Shown here: positions 1 through 7,304 of the stretch, one piece after another
Layout: every line of letters begins with the position of its first letter
How positions within the stretch are numbered: the stretch's first letter is position 1
Origin: Acidobacteriota bacterium
Lineage (GTDB): Bacteria; Acidobacteriota; Vicinamibacteria; Vicinamibacterales; 2-12-FULL-66-21
Direction: 5' to 3'
Assembly: GCA_013813355.1 (NCBI GenBank)
Contig: JACCRT010000054.1
Coordinates: forward strand, 1-60,793
DNA length: 60,793 nt
The notes under the pieces: model-generated
The model's database searches: none
Told to the model about the DNA's origin: nothing
The model's input: only the letters and a program-made list of their open reading frames with translations
Position numbers and translations under genes: made by a program

Positions 1-88
1 ATGCATCCAAGGTAGGAGCCGTATGCAGCAATCCTGCACGTACGGATCTGTGCGGGGGGCGGCGGGTAACCGTCGTCCCTACCGCGAC
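1..88 (+). mobile_element. 3' end of a group II intron (end of intron-encoded ORF, domain V, domain VI)
   Basis: ATG CAT CCA AGG TAG (1-15) is followed by DV GAGCCGTATGCA-GCAA-TCCTGCACGTACGGATCT, with the AGC triad at 17-19 and an AC bulge. Then come GTGCGGGGGG and DVI GGCGGGTAACCGTCGTCCCTACCGCGAC, ending in the canonical AC at 87-88. The rest of the intron lies outside the window. Confidence 0.93.
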
Positions 89-235
89 GAAAGTCTGGCG
101 TCGCACCGAGACGGGCGAGGCGCCCCGCGGGCAAGGCGCGACGACCGAGAATACTGCGCGTATTTGAGGGAGGAGCAACGCAGCCCGCGGGGATGCATCG
201 CCCGTCGAATGCAGCCAAACTTTCACCACGGGCTG
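89..235. mobile_element. MITE-like palindromic element, copy 1 (first 11 nt of the left TIR displaced by the intron)
   Basis: Begins GAAAGTCTGGC and ends GCCAAACTTTCACCACGGGCTG. Internal nested inverted repeats: ACGGGCGA/TCGCCCGT, CCCCGCGGG/CCCGCGGGG and AATAC/GTATT. 109-235 is the reverse complement of 60667-60793 with 1 mismatch. Confidence 0.85.
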
Positions 236-334
236 TTGAGCTTCCCGGCGGCCTGGCGCACGGAGGCGCCGGCGAGTGACCCGGAATTGCACGCAATTGC
301 GCGGACTCTGCTGTATTGCGCTGTTCTGTTCACC

Positions 335-364
335 TTGACAGGTGCGCGGGCAACTCACTATAGT
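335..364 (+). promoter_or_regulatory. Putative sigma70 promoter
   Basis: TTGACA (335-340), 18-nt spacer, TATAGT (359-364), upstream of the ORF at 454. Confidence 0.65.
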
Positions 365-453
365 CACATCACGTTTCAGCATTTCCAGCTCCCCTCTGAA
401 GCGCCAGGAACGCGCCCGGGCGATAGCTCCTGCCTCGGGCGGCGTAATGTCGC

Positions 454-1266
454 ATGATCAATTACACCGAGCGCATCACGCTGCTGATGCAGGATGTGGT
501 GGCGCGCACGCCCCGCCTGTCCTTCATCGACCTGCGTGAGATTCTGGTTTTCGGCCGTTTCGGCCGTTCGGACGCCGAGGGAGCATTCGCCACCTGCCAC
601 TGTCTGACGCTGCCAGAGAGCGAGCCCGGCTACTTTTTCTGGCGCGATCGTACGACCGGTGAGCTGACGCGTCGTTCGCAGTGGTTCGTCACGAAGTCGC
701 CCGAGGTCCGGATCCTTCAGACGAAGATCAAGTACCTCGTGTCGTTTGCGCTGCCGCGCTTCTGCAACCAGAGCCTCGAGCGGTCACGCAAGGCCGAGCT
801 GTATCCGGAGAGGACCGAGCCGTGGGTCGCCAAGCTCGACACGATCGTGCACGAGCTGTATCACATCGACCCGGATGAGACAGGCCTCCGGCGGGTGACG
901 CGCGCCGATGGATCGCACTCACCACGATCGCACGGACCGCTCTACTATGAGACGGTCGCCGAGATGGTGCAGGCCTACCTCGCGTCGAATCCAGACCCGT
1001 CGCTGCTCGCGTTCCTGCGCGATGACTTCGACACGCTCGGCACGCGGCACCGCGAAATCACCTGCACGACCTTCCGGAACTTTCCGTCCTTCCCGCAGCG
1101 GTACCAGGAAGCGGTCGACATGCCGGCCGATCCGATCGTGAAAATCGAACCACTGAAGGCGCCCACGCAGCCCGTGCTGTATACGGAAGCAGACCTCGTC
1201 GTCCGTCACTTCACCGAGACAGGCGTGCGGCGGCTCCCGGCGCCTGGTCACCACCGGGCGGCCTGA
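454..1266 (+). CDS. Putative zinc metallopeptidase (HExxH) of unknown function
   Basis: 270-aa ORF with typical codon usage. LDTIVHELYHID motif and a downstream SHG third-ligand candidate. Confidence 0.6.
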   Translation: MINYTERITLLMQDVVARTPRLSFIDLREILVFGRFGRSDAEGAFATCHCLTLPESEPGYFFWRDRTTGELTRRSQWFVTKSPEVRILQTKIKYLVSFALPRFCNQSLERSRKAELYPERTEPWVAKLDTIVHELYHIDPDETGLRRVTRADGSHSPRSHGPLYYETVAEMVQAYLASNPDPSLLAFLRDDFDTLGTRHREITCTTFRNFPSFPQRYQEAVDMPADPIVKIEPLKAPTQPVLYTEADLVVRHFTETGVRRLPAPGHHRAA

Positions 1267-1333
1267 CGTCGGACCGAACCCGGGCCCTCCCGGTGTACGG
1301 CCGCGCCGTTCGGGCCGATACTCCTCCTGGGCC

Positions 1334-1843
1334 ATGAACCGTCTCGTCATCCTGCTGATCGCCATCTGTGCGGGGGCGTGTGCGTCCACGGGCGCGACGC
1401 CGCGCCCCTTCCCGGTGCCGGGCTCCGGCTCACCCTCGCGTCCGCCTGGTGCGCCGACGCCGGGCGCTGTCGACGGATACTCGCTGATCGGCACGGCGCT
1501 GGCGCTGCGGGGAGTGCCGTATCGCAACGGCGGTACCGACCCATCGGGCTTCGACTGCAGCGGCTTCGTCTGGTATGTCTTCGCGCAGCATGGTGTGGCC
1601 CTCCCGCGCACCGTGCCGGAACAGTTCCGCGCCGGGCGTGCGCCGCGGGGCCCGCTCACCATCGGGGACCTGGTGTTCTTCAGCACGGTGGCGCCCGGGC
1701 CGTCGCACGTCGGCATCCTGATCGGGGGGGACGACTTCGTGCACGCGCCCAGCTCGACCGGTGTCGTTCGGGTCGAGCGGCTGAGCGCGCCCTACTGGTC
1801 CTCCCGCTTCATCGGTGCCCGCAGACCAGCCTCAATCCCGTAA
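1334..1843 (+). CDS. NlpC/P60 (C40 family) cell-wall peptidase lipoprotein
   Basis: Lipobox-like AGAC, GFDCSG catalytic Cys motif, GDLVFF, HVGI and FVHA motifs. Confidence 0.93.
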   Translation: MNRLVILLIAICAGACASTGATPRPFPVPGSGSPSRPPGAPTPGAVDGYSLIGTALALRGVPYRNGGTDPSGFDCSGFVWYVFAQHGVALPRTVPEQFRAGRAPRGPLTIGDLVFFSTVAPGPSHVGILIGGDDFVHAPSSTGVVRVERLSAPYWSSRFIGARRPASIP

Positions 1844-1879
1844 GCCACTGACGATGCGCCGTTTACAAAGGCCGGAATC

Positions 1880-1908
1880 TTGACACTTTCCTGCCCATCG
1901 GACAAAAT
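1880..1908 (+). promoter_or_regulatory. Putative sigma70 promoter of the HNH gene
   Basis: TTGACA (1880-1885), 17-nt spacer, CAAAAT (1903-1908), with ATG at 1921. Confidence 0.55.
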
Positions 1909-1920
1909 GACCTCAAGTTT

Positions 1921-2454
1921 ATGGAGCAGACGCTCCTCTTGAACGCCACGTACGAGCCCCTCAAGGTCGTCCACTGGCAGAAAGCGATCACGCTTTGGTG
2001 CCAGGGGAAGGTCGAGGTTATCTCTGTGTACGATCGGGAAGTCCGATCGGTGTCGTTCAGCTTCAAGCTTCCCTCGGTCATTCGCCTGCTGCGCTACATC
2101 AAGATCAAGCGGACAATTGACTACGTGCCGTTTTCGCGCGCGAACATCTACGCCCGCGACGATCACTCCTGCCAATACTGCGGCAAGGTGTTCTCCACCC
2201 CCGATCTGACGTTCGATCATGTAGTGCCGGTCGCCCAGGGCGGCCGGAAGGACTGGGAGAACATCGTGACCTGCTGTGTGGCGTGCAACCGCCGGAAGGG
2301 GGGGCGCACGCCTGCCGAGGCTGGCATGCACCTCGTCCGCCTGCCGAAGCGCCCCGAGCGCGCGCCGGCGATCCGCATCACCGTCGGGCGCAAGAATGCG
2401 CCCGACAGCTGGCGGGATTACTTTTACTGGAACATGGAACTCGACGAGACCTAG
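1921..2454 (+). CDS. HNH endonuclease (McrA-like, HNH_5 type)
   Basis: LLLNATYEPL N-terminus, RD..CQYCG, DHVVP...GG...WENIVTCC..CN..KG. Confidence 0.92.
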   Translation: MEQTLLLNATYEPLKVVHWQKAITLWCQGKVEVISVYDREVRSVSFSFKLPSVIRLLRYIKIKRTIDYVPFSRANIYARDDHSCQYCGKVFSTPDLTFDHVVPVAQGGRKDWENIVTCCVACNRRKGGRTPAEAGMHLVRLPKRPERAPAIRITVGRKNAPDSWRDYFYWNMELDET

Positions 2455-2462
2455 GGGACTAG

Positions 2463-2486
2463 CAGCCCGCGTTTCACCACGGGCTG
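2463..2486. repeat. Internally deleted copy (footprint) of the MITE-like element
   Basis: CTAG|CAGCCCG-CG-TTTCACCACGGGCTG. 2472-2486 is identical to 221-235. Confidence 0.75.
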
Positions 2487-2516
2487 CGAGGCCGCCGATT
2501 CACGATCCTCTGGGAT

Positions 2517-2543
2517 CCACGGAGTTCACACGGATTTACACGG
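2517..2543 (+). repeat. Short ~10-nt periodic repeat (ACACGGATT-type), half element
   Basis: CCACGGAGTTCACACGGATTTACACGG. A related reverse-complement copy lies at 21458-21484. Confidence 0.6.
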
Positions 2544-2595
2544 TCTGGCGGGGCACGGCCCCACCTCATCGCGCTCTTGCGTTCTTCTCCCTCCC

Positions 2596-3603
2596 ATGAC
2601 TGTTGCCCCTCCCCGCATCGCCTCTGTTCGTCCGCTCTGGTCGATTGAAGGGGGACGTGTGACGCTCCAGGGGGCGGGCTTTCCGGTGGACCCAGAGTTG
2701 CCACGCGTGTTCATCGGCGGAGTCGAGGCGCGTGTGGCGTCGAGTTCCCCGCGATCGATCACGGCGATCGTGCCCGGCGGCCTGGATGGCGGGCGTGTAC
2801 CCGTACGGATTGAGGCGGCCGCGGGCGAAACTGCGTACCTGGACGTCGGCGCGCCGGTCGCGACCGGGCTGCACCTGGTCGACAGCCCGATCTTCGACGC
2901 CGAGGGCAACCTCTACGTCACGTTCAGCGGTTCACGGGGGCAGGAGTCCCCGGTCTCGATCTTCATTGTGCGCCCGGATGGCTCACGCGAGCCGTTTGTG
3001 ACGGAAGTACCCAACGCGACGTCTCTGGCGCTCGATGACGAGGGGCGGCTGCACGTGTCCAGCCGGTTCGACGGCAGCGTGTACCGGATTGAGCCCGACG
3101 GCAGCGCCGTACAAATCGCCACCGATTTGGGCGTGGCGTGCGGGATCGCATTCGGGCCCGACGGTGCGTTGTACGTCGGCGACCGATCCGGCACCGTGCT
3201 GCGTGTGCTCAACGGGGACGCCGAGCCGTTTGCGCGCCTGCCCGCCAGCGTGGCAGCCTACCACCTGGCGTTCGGGCCGGACGGCTGGCTCTATGTCTCG
3301 GTGCCGACGCTCAACACGCGTGACGCCGTGTTCCGCATCTCGCGCGCCGGCAAGGTCGAGGTCTTCTACGAACGGTTCGGCCGGCCACAAGGGCTCGCGT
3401 TCGACACGCACGGGCACCTGTTCGTCGTCGACGCTCTTGCGGGCGGGGGCGGATTGTATCGGCTGCGCACGACCGGCGATCCGATACCCGAGCAGATCGT
3501 GGACTGCAGCAACCTCATCGGCGTCGCCTTCGATCCGCGCGGCGGCGTCGCGCTCGCGTCGAACGATACGGTCTACAAGCTGAACGTCCGCACCGGGGGG
3601 TAG
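2596..3603 (+). CDS. IPT/TIG domain plus SMP-30/gluconolactonase-like beta-propeller protein
   Basis: N-terminal PRIASVRP...GGRVTLQGAGF IPT signature, then repeated GIAFGPDG.LYV blades. Confidence 0.8.
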   Translation: MTVAPPRIASVRPLWSIEGGRVTLQGAGFPVDPELPRVFIGGVEARVASSSPRSITAIVPGGLDGGRVPVRIEAAAGETAYLDVGAPVATGLHLVDSPIFDAEGNLYVTFSGSRGQESPVSIFIVRPDGSREPFVTEVPNATSLALDDEGRLHVSSRFDGSVYRIEPDGSAVQIATDLGVACGIAFGPDGALYVGDRSGTVLRVLNGDAEPFARLPASVAAYHLAFGPDGWLYVSVPTLNTRDAVFRISRAGKVEVFYERFGRPQGLAFDTHGHLFVVDALAGGGGLYRLRTTGDPIPEQIVDCSNLIGVAFDPRGGVALASNDTVYKLNVRTGG

Positions 3604-3627
3604 CGGGGCAGCGTCGAGCCGCCGAGT

Positions 3628-4323
3628 TCAGTCGAATTCGCCGTCCCCGATACGTGTCACCAGCTCGCCGAGCGATCGGACCCGCGGGCAATCCGCGTCC
3701 TGTCTGAGGTCCGCCTCGTCCACCAGGACGCCTCGCAGCCCGGCGCTGCGCGCGCCGATGACGTCCACGTAGTACAGATCCCCGACATGAATCGTCGTGT
3801 TCCGCCGCGCGCCGCCGCGCGCGAGTGCGATCTCGAAGAACCGCGGGTCCGGCTTCTCGACGCCCTCGTCGGCGGAATCCAGCACGAGATCGAAGCGGTC
3901 GGTGAGCCCCAGGCGATCGCAGTGCGCGCGCAGGGTGCCGTTGGCGTTGGAAACAACGATCAGTTGCAGGCCTCGGGCACGAAGCGCCTCCAGCGCGGGC
4001 ACGACCCCGTCGGGCACGTACTCCCAGAGGTTGCTGGTCGTGTGATACCTGTGCAGCTCGGTGAGCGCCGCCCCCGTCGCCTCAGACCGCGGAGTGCCCG
4101 CGTGGGCAAGGACCAGGTCGAAGAACAGCCATCCACGGCTCGCGTCGGTCGTCGAGCCGATGGTCTGGAGGTCGTCGAGCTCGCGCCTCGCCGGCGGATC
4201 CGCGGCCATCAGCGCCTCGGCCGGTACTGAAACGCCATGGCTTGCCAGGATGTCCGACACGCGCCACCAGTTCGGATGCATGAGCACGCCGCCGGCGTCC
4301 AGGAATACTGTCTCGAGAGGCAT
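3628..4323 (-). CDS. HAD-superfamily hydrolase (subfamily IA)
   Basis: Motifs VFLDAGGVL, VSN, KPDP and HVGD..YVD..GA. Confidence 0.92.
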   Translation of the reverse strand: MPLETVFLDAGGVLMHPNWWRVSDILASHGVSVPAEALMAADPPARRELDDLQTIGSTTDASRGWLFFDLVLAHAGTPRSEATGAALTELHRYHTTSNLWEYVPDGVVPALEALRARGLQLIVVSNANGTLRAHCDRLGLTDRFDLVLDSADEGVEKPDPRFFEIALARGGARRNTTIHVGDLYYVDVIGARSAGLRGVLVDEADLRQDADCPRVRSLGELVTRIGDGEFD

Positions 4324-4438
4324 AGGTGGAGTTTACCGCGATGATGCGTTACCCCGCCGAGCCGGCGAGCACAGCCTTGCGTGATGCCGTCCTCCGATGA
4401 TATGAACTGACTTCTCCTGGCAATTCGGAGGAGGAGGA

Positions 4439-5383
4439 ATGGCCTACTTCACCGCGCCCTGCCGGTGGCGACATGACGCAGGCAGGCCGATCGCCTTCGC
4501 GCTTGCTCTCGTGATGACGATGCCGGTCGCCTGGGCCCAGGAGCGCAAGCTCGGGCCGGACGTCCGGTTGCACGAGATCGCGTCCGAGTTCGTCTCCAGG
4601 CCGCGGCAGGTCATCGTCTGGCTCCCGCCGGGATACGAGTCAGAGCGCGACAGGCGCTATCCCGTTCTGTATATGCATGACGGACAGAATGTGTACGTCG
4701 ACTGGCGCATCGATGAGATTGCGAGGGCTCTTATTGCGTCGAAGGAGATCGAGCCGCTGATCATGGTTCTCGTATCGAACGGCGGGAGAGCCCAGGACCG
4801 GTTCGAGGACTACACATGGACGAAGCCGGCCGAGGCGCCGGCGGGCGGCAAGGCGGAGGTGTATGGCCGCATGCTCGTCGAAGAGTTGAAGCCGTCGATC
4901 GACGAAGCATACCGAACCCTGTCCGGGGCCGCCGATACCGCGGTGGGAGGTGCCTCCCTTGGGGGCATCGTGTCCCTTTATCTAGGGCTGAAGTACCCGA
5001 ACGTCTTCGGCAAGCTGGCCGTCATGTCGCCTGCGGTGTGGTGGGACGACAAGGTGATCGTCCGGGAAGTTGCCCGATTCGAGTCGCGCCCGGCGAGCAG
5101 GATCTGGCTCGATGTCGGATTGGCGGAGCCGAAGTCGATGGTCGCCAACACGAAAGAGCTGCGACAGGCACTCATCCGAAAGGGCTGGACGGTGGGCACT
5201 GACCTGATTTACTTCGAGTTGCCGGGCGGCAGGCATGACGAACCGTCGTTCGCCAGGCGAGCCGGCGACATGCTGAAGTACCTGTTCCCGCCGAAACAGG
5301 CGAGATCAGCCCTACGAGGCGCTTCCCGGGGGACGAGTGCACCGCCGTCGAGATGCGATCAAGCAGTCGCTTGTGGGACTTGA
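4439..5383 (+). CDS. Secreted alpha/beta-hydrolase esterase (IroE/Fes-like); C-terminus reads into an IS630 remnant
   Basis: YPVLYMHDGQN, GASLGG nucleophile elbow, catalytic H in GRHDE. The conserved part ends near YLFP (~5290). Confidence 0.85.
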   Translation: MAYFTAPCRWRHDAGRPIAFALALVMTMPVAWAQERKLGPDVRLHEIASEFVSRPRQVIVWLPPGYESERDRRYPVLYMHDGQNVYVDWRIDEIARALIASKEIEPLIMVLVSNGGRAQDRFEDYTWTKPAEAPAGGKAEVYGRMLVEELKPSIDEAYRTLSGAADTAVGGASLGGIVSLYLGLKYPNVFGKLAVMSPAVWWDDKVIVREVARFESRPASRIWLDVGLAEPKSMVANTKELRQALIRKGWTVGTDLIYFELPGGRHDEPSFARRAGDMLKYLFPPKQARSALRGASRGTSAPPSRCDQAVACGT

Positions 5384-5625
5384 TGATGGCTCGCGCCGGC
5401 TTGGTCCACTCGAACGGCGTGGGGTTCTTGTTCCAGGCCCGGAGGTAGGCCCTGAGATGGTCTTGGAGCGCTCGCTTCGAGTGAAAGTCCGTGACGGAGA
5501 GCGATTGTTTCGCCAGGATGCCGAAGAAGCCTTCGATCTGGTTCAGCCACGAGGCGCTGGTCGGCGTGTAATGAAAGTGCACACGCGGGTGGTCGCGGAG
5601 CCAGGCGCGGATATCCGCCGTGTTA
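5334..5625 (-). pseudogene. IS630-family transposase C-terminal fragment
   Basis: IRAWLRDHPRVHFHYTPTSASWLNQIEGFF...WNKNPTPFEWTK...ISTAVH. The N-terminus and first catalytic Asp residues are missing, and the expected terminal TAG reads TCG. Confidence 0.9.
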
Positions 5626-5734
5626 GGTGGCCTCGGCGTCCTCGTCGGAGGGGGCGCGGGTCTCCGCCCTGGCGCAGGCCGTGGCGTCATGTCACCCGAG
5701 GAATCGCCCCTCCATCACCAGCCTGCGAAAGCGC

Positions 5735-7195
5735 TCAGACCGTCTCGGTTTCCGGCTCGATCTTCTCGATCGTGAACCCCGTGAAGCCGTAGACGGCGTT
5801 GACGAGCGGCACCAGCAGGTTGAAGAACGCGAAGGGCAGGTAGGCGAACGTCGCGACGCCGAGCGTCTGGGCCATGAACGCGCCGCACGTATTCCATGGC
5901 ACGAGCGGCGACGTCACCGTCCCCGACCCCTCGAGTGCCCGCGACAGGTTCTTGGGCGCCAGCCCGCGCCGCTCGTACTCGGCGCGGAACATCCGCCCGG
6001 GCAGCACGATCGCGATGTACTGGTCGGACGCGACGATGTTCATCCCGATGGCGGTCGCCAGGGTGGCCGTGACGAGGCTGCCGGTGCCGCGCACCGCGCT
6101 CAGGATCGACGCGGCGATCCGCTGCAGCATCCCGGTCGTTTCCATCACCGCGCCGAACATCATCGCCGACAGGATCAGCCACACGGTCGAGAGCATCCCC
6201 GCCATCCCGCCGCGCGACAGCAGCTCGTCGAGAGCGGCGTTGCCCGACTCGAGCCTGAAGCCGTCGAACAGCGAGATCCACACGCCCTTGAGCAGCGCGA
6301 CGAGGGTGGGCAGCGCGGGGTCATCCACGTACCCGAGCACGGCCTGCTGCTGGAAGAGCAGCGCGAAGAGGCACCCGGTCAGCGCCCCGATGAGCAGCGC
6401 CGGCAGCGCCGCCATCCGCGCGACGACCAGCCCGAGCACCACCACCATGGGAATCAACAGGTGTGGTCCGACGACGAACGCCCCGGTGATGGCCTGCCGG
6501 ATCCCTTCGACCGTGGCGGTATCGGTGGGCGTCGTGCCGCGCAGCCCGATGATCGCGAACAGGATCAGTGCGATGACCAGGCTCGGCACGGTCGTCCACG
6601 TCATGTGCCGGATGTGCGTGAAGAGGTCGGTGCCGGCCATTGCGGGAGCGAGGTTGGTCGTATCCGACAGCGGCGACATCTTGTCGCCGAAGTAGGCGCC
6701 CGAAATGATGGCGCCGGCCGCCATCCCCAGGTGCAGGTCCTGCGCCGCGGCAATCCCGACCAGCGCCACGCCCACCGTTCCAGCCGTCGTCCACGAACTC
6801 CCCGTCCCGAGCGACACCACGGCGCAGATCAGGCAGGCGGCGGCATAGAAGACGGCCGGCGTCAGCAATCCCAGGCCGTAGTAGATCATCGTCGGCACGA
6901 CGCCAGCCAGGATCCACGAGCCGATGAGCGCCCCCACCATCAGCAGGATCAGGATGGCGCCCATCGCCAGCGAGATGCCTTGGACGATGCCCCGCTCGAG
7001 GGTCTTCCAGTCGTATCCGTTGAAGAGGCCAATGAGGATGCCGACTGCGGCGCTGAGGATGAGGGCAATCTGGTTGGGGCCGCCCGACGAATCGTCGCCG
7101 AACAGGTACACCGAGGCCGCGAGCATCCCGATCAGAAAGAAGACAGGAATAAGGGACTGCAGCAGTGACGGCTGCCGCGGAGTGGGGCTTTCCAT
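5735..7195 (-). CDS. nhaC: Na+/H+ antiporter, NhaC family
   Basis: Multi-pass membrane protein with GSSWTTAGTVG, GAYFGDKMSPLSDTTNLA and TSPLVPWN signatures. Confidence 0.93.
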   Translation of the reverse strand: MESPTPRQPSLLQSLIPVFFLIGMLAASVYLFGDDSSGGPNQIALILSAAVGILIGLFNGYDWKTLERGIVQGISLAMGAILILLMVGALIGSWILAGVVPTMIYYGLGLLTPAVFYAAACLICAVVSLGTGSSWTTAGTVGVALVGIAAAQDLHLGMAAGAIISGAYFGDKMSPLSDTTNLAPAMAGTDLFTHIRHMTWTTVPSLVIALILFAIIGLRGTTPTDTATVEGIRQAITGAFVVGPHLLIPMVVVLGLVVARMAALPALLIGALTGCLFALLFQQQAVLGYVDDPALPTLVALLKGVWISLFDGFRLESGNAALDELLSRGGMAGMLSTVWLILSAMMFGAVMETTGMLQRIAASILSAVRGTGSLVTATLATAIGMNIVASDQYIAIVLPGRMFRAEYERRGLAPKNLSRALEGSGTVTSPLVPWNTCGAFMAQTLGVATFAYLPFAFFNLLVPLVNAVYGFTGFTIEKIEPETETV

Positions 7196-7205
7196 TGTGG
7201 CCGGA

Positions 7206-7263
7206 ATCTTAGCACGCGGAGCTGCTCCAGCTCAGCGGGCTGCTGAATACCGCGTGCTAGAAT
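7206..7263. promoter_or_regulatory. Back-to-back extended -10 promoters for nhaC and uvrA
   Basis: TGcTAGAAT on + (7255-7263) and TGcTAAGAT on - (7206-7214), embedded in a 10-bp inverted repeat TAGCACGCGG/CCGCGTGCTA. Confidence 0.6.
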
Positions 7264-7304
7264 GACCGATTGGTTCCCTCCCACAAACCGGGGCAGTAGA
7301 AGGT

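Noticed and set aside
23..457. 144-aa ORF at the window start
   Set aside because: It is a translation of intron domains V-VI, the MITE and a promoter region, with no protein features.
1921..2454. HNH gene as a homing endonuclease or Cas9/IscB-like effector
   Set aside because: It is a short stand-alone HNH of a widespread chromosomal family, with no RuvC motifs, intron context or array.
5172..5690. Intact 172-aa transposase
   Set aside because: It is chimeric: only the middle matches the IS630 C-terminus, and the DDE triad is incomplete.
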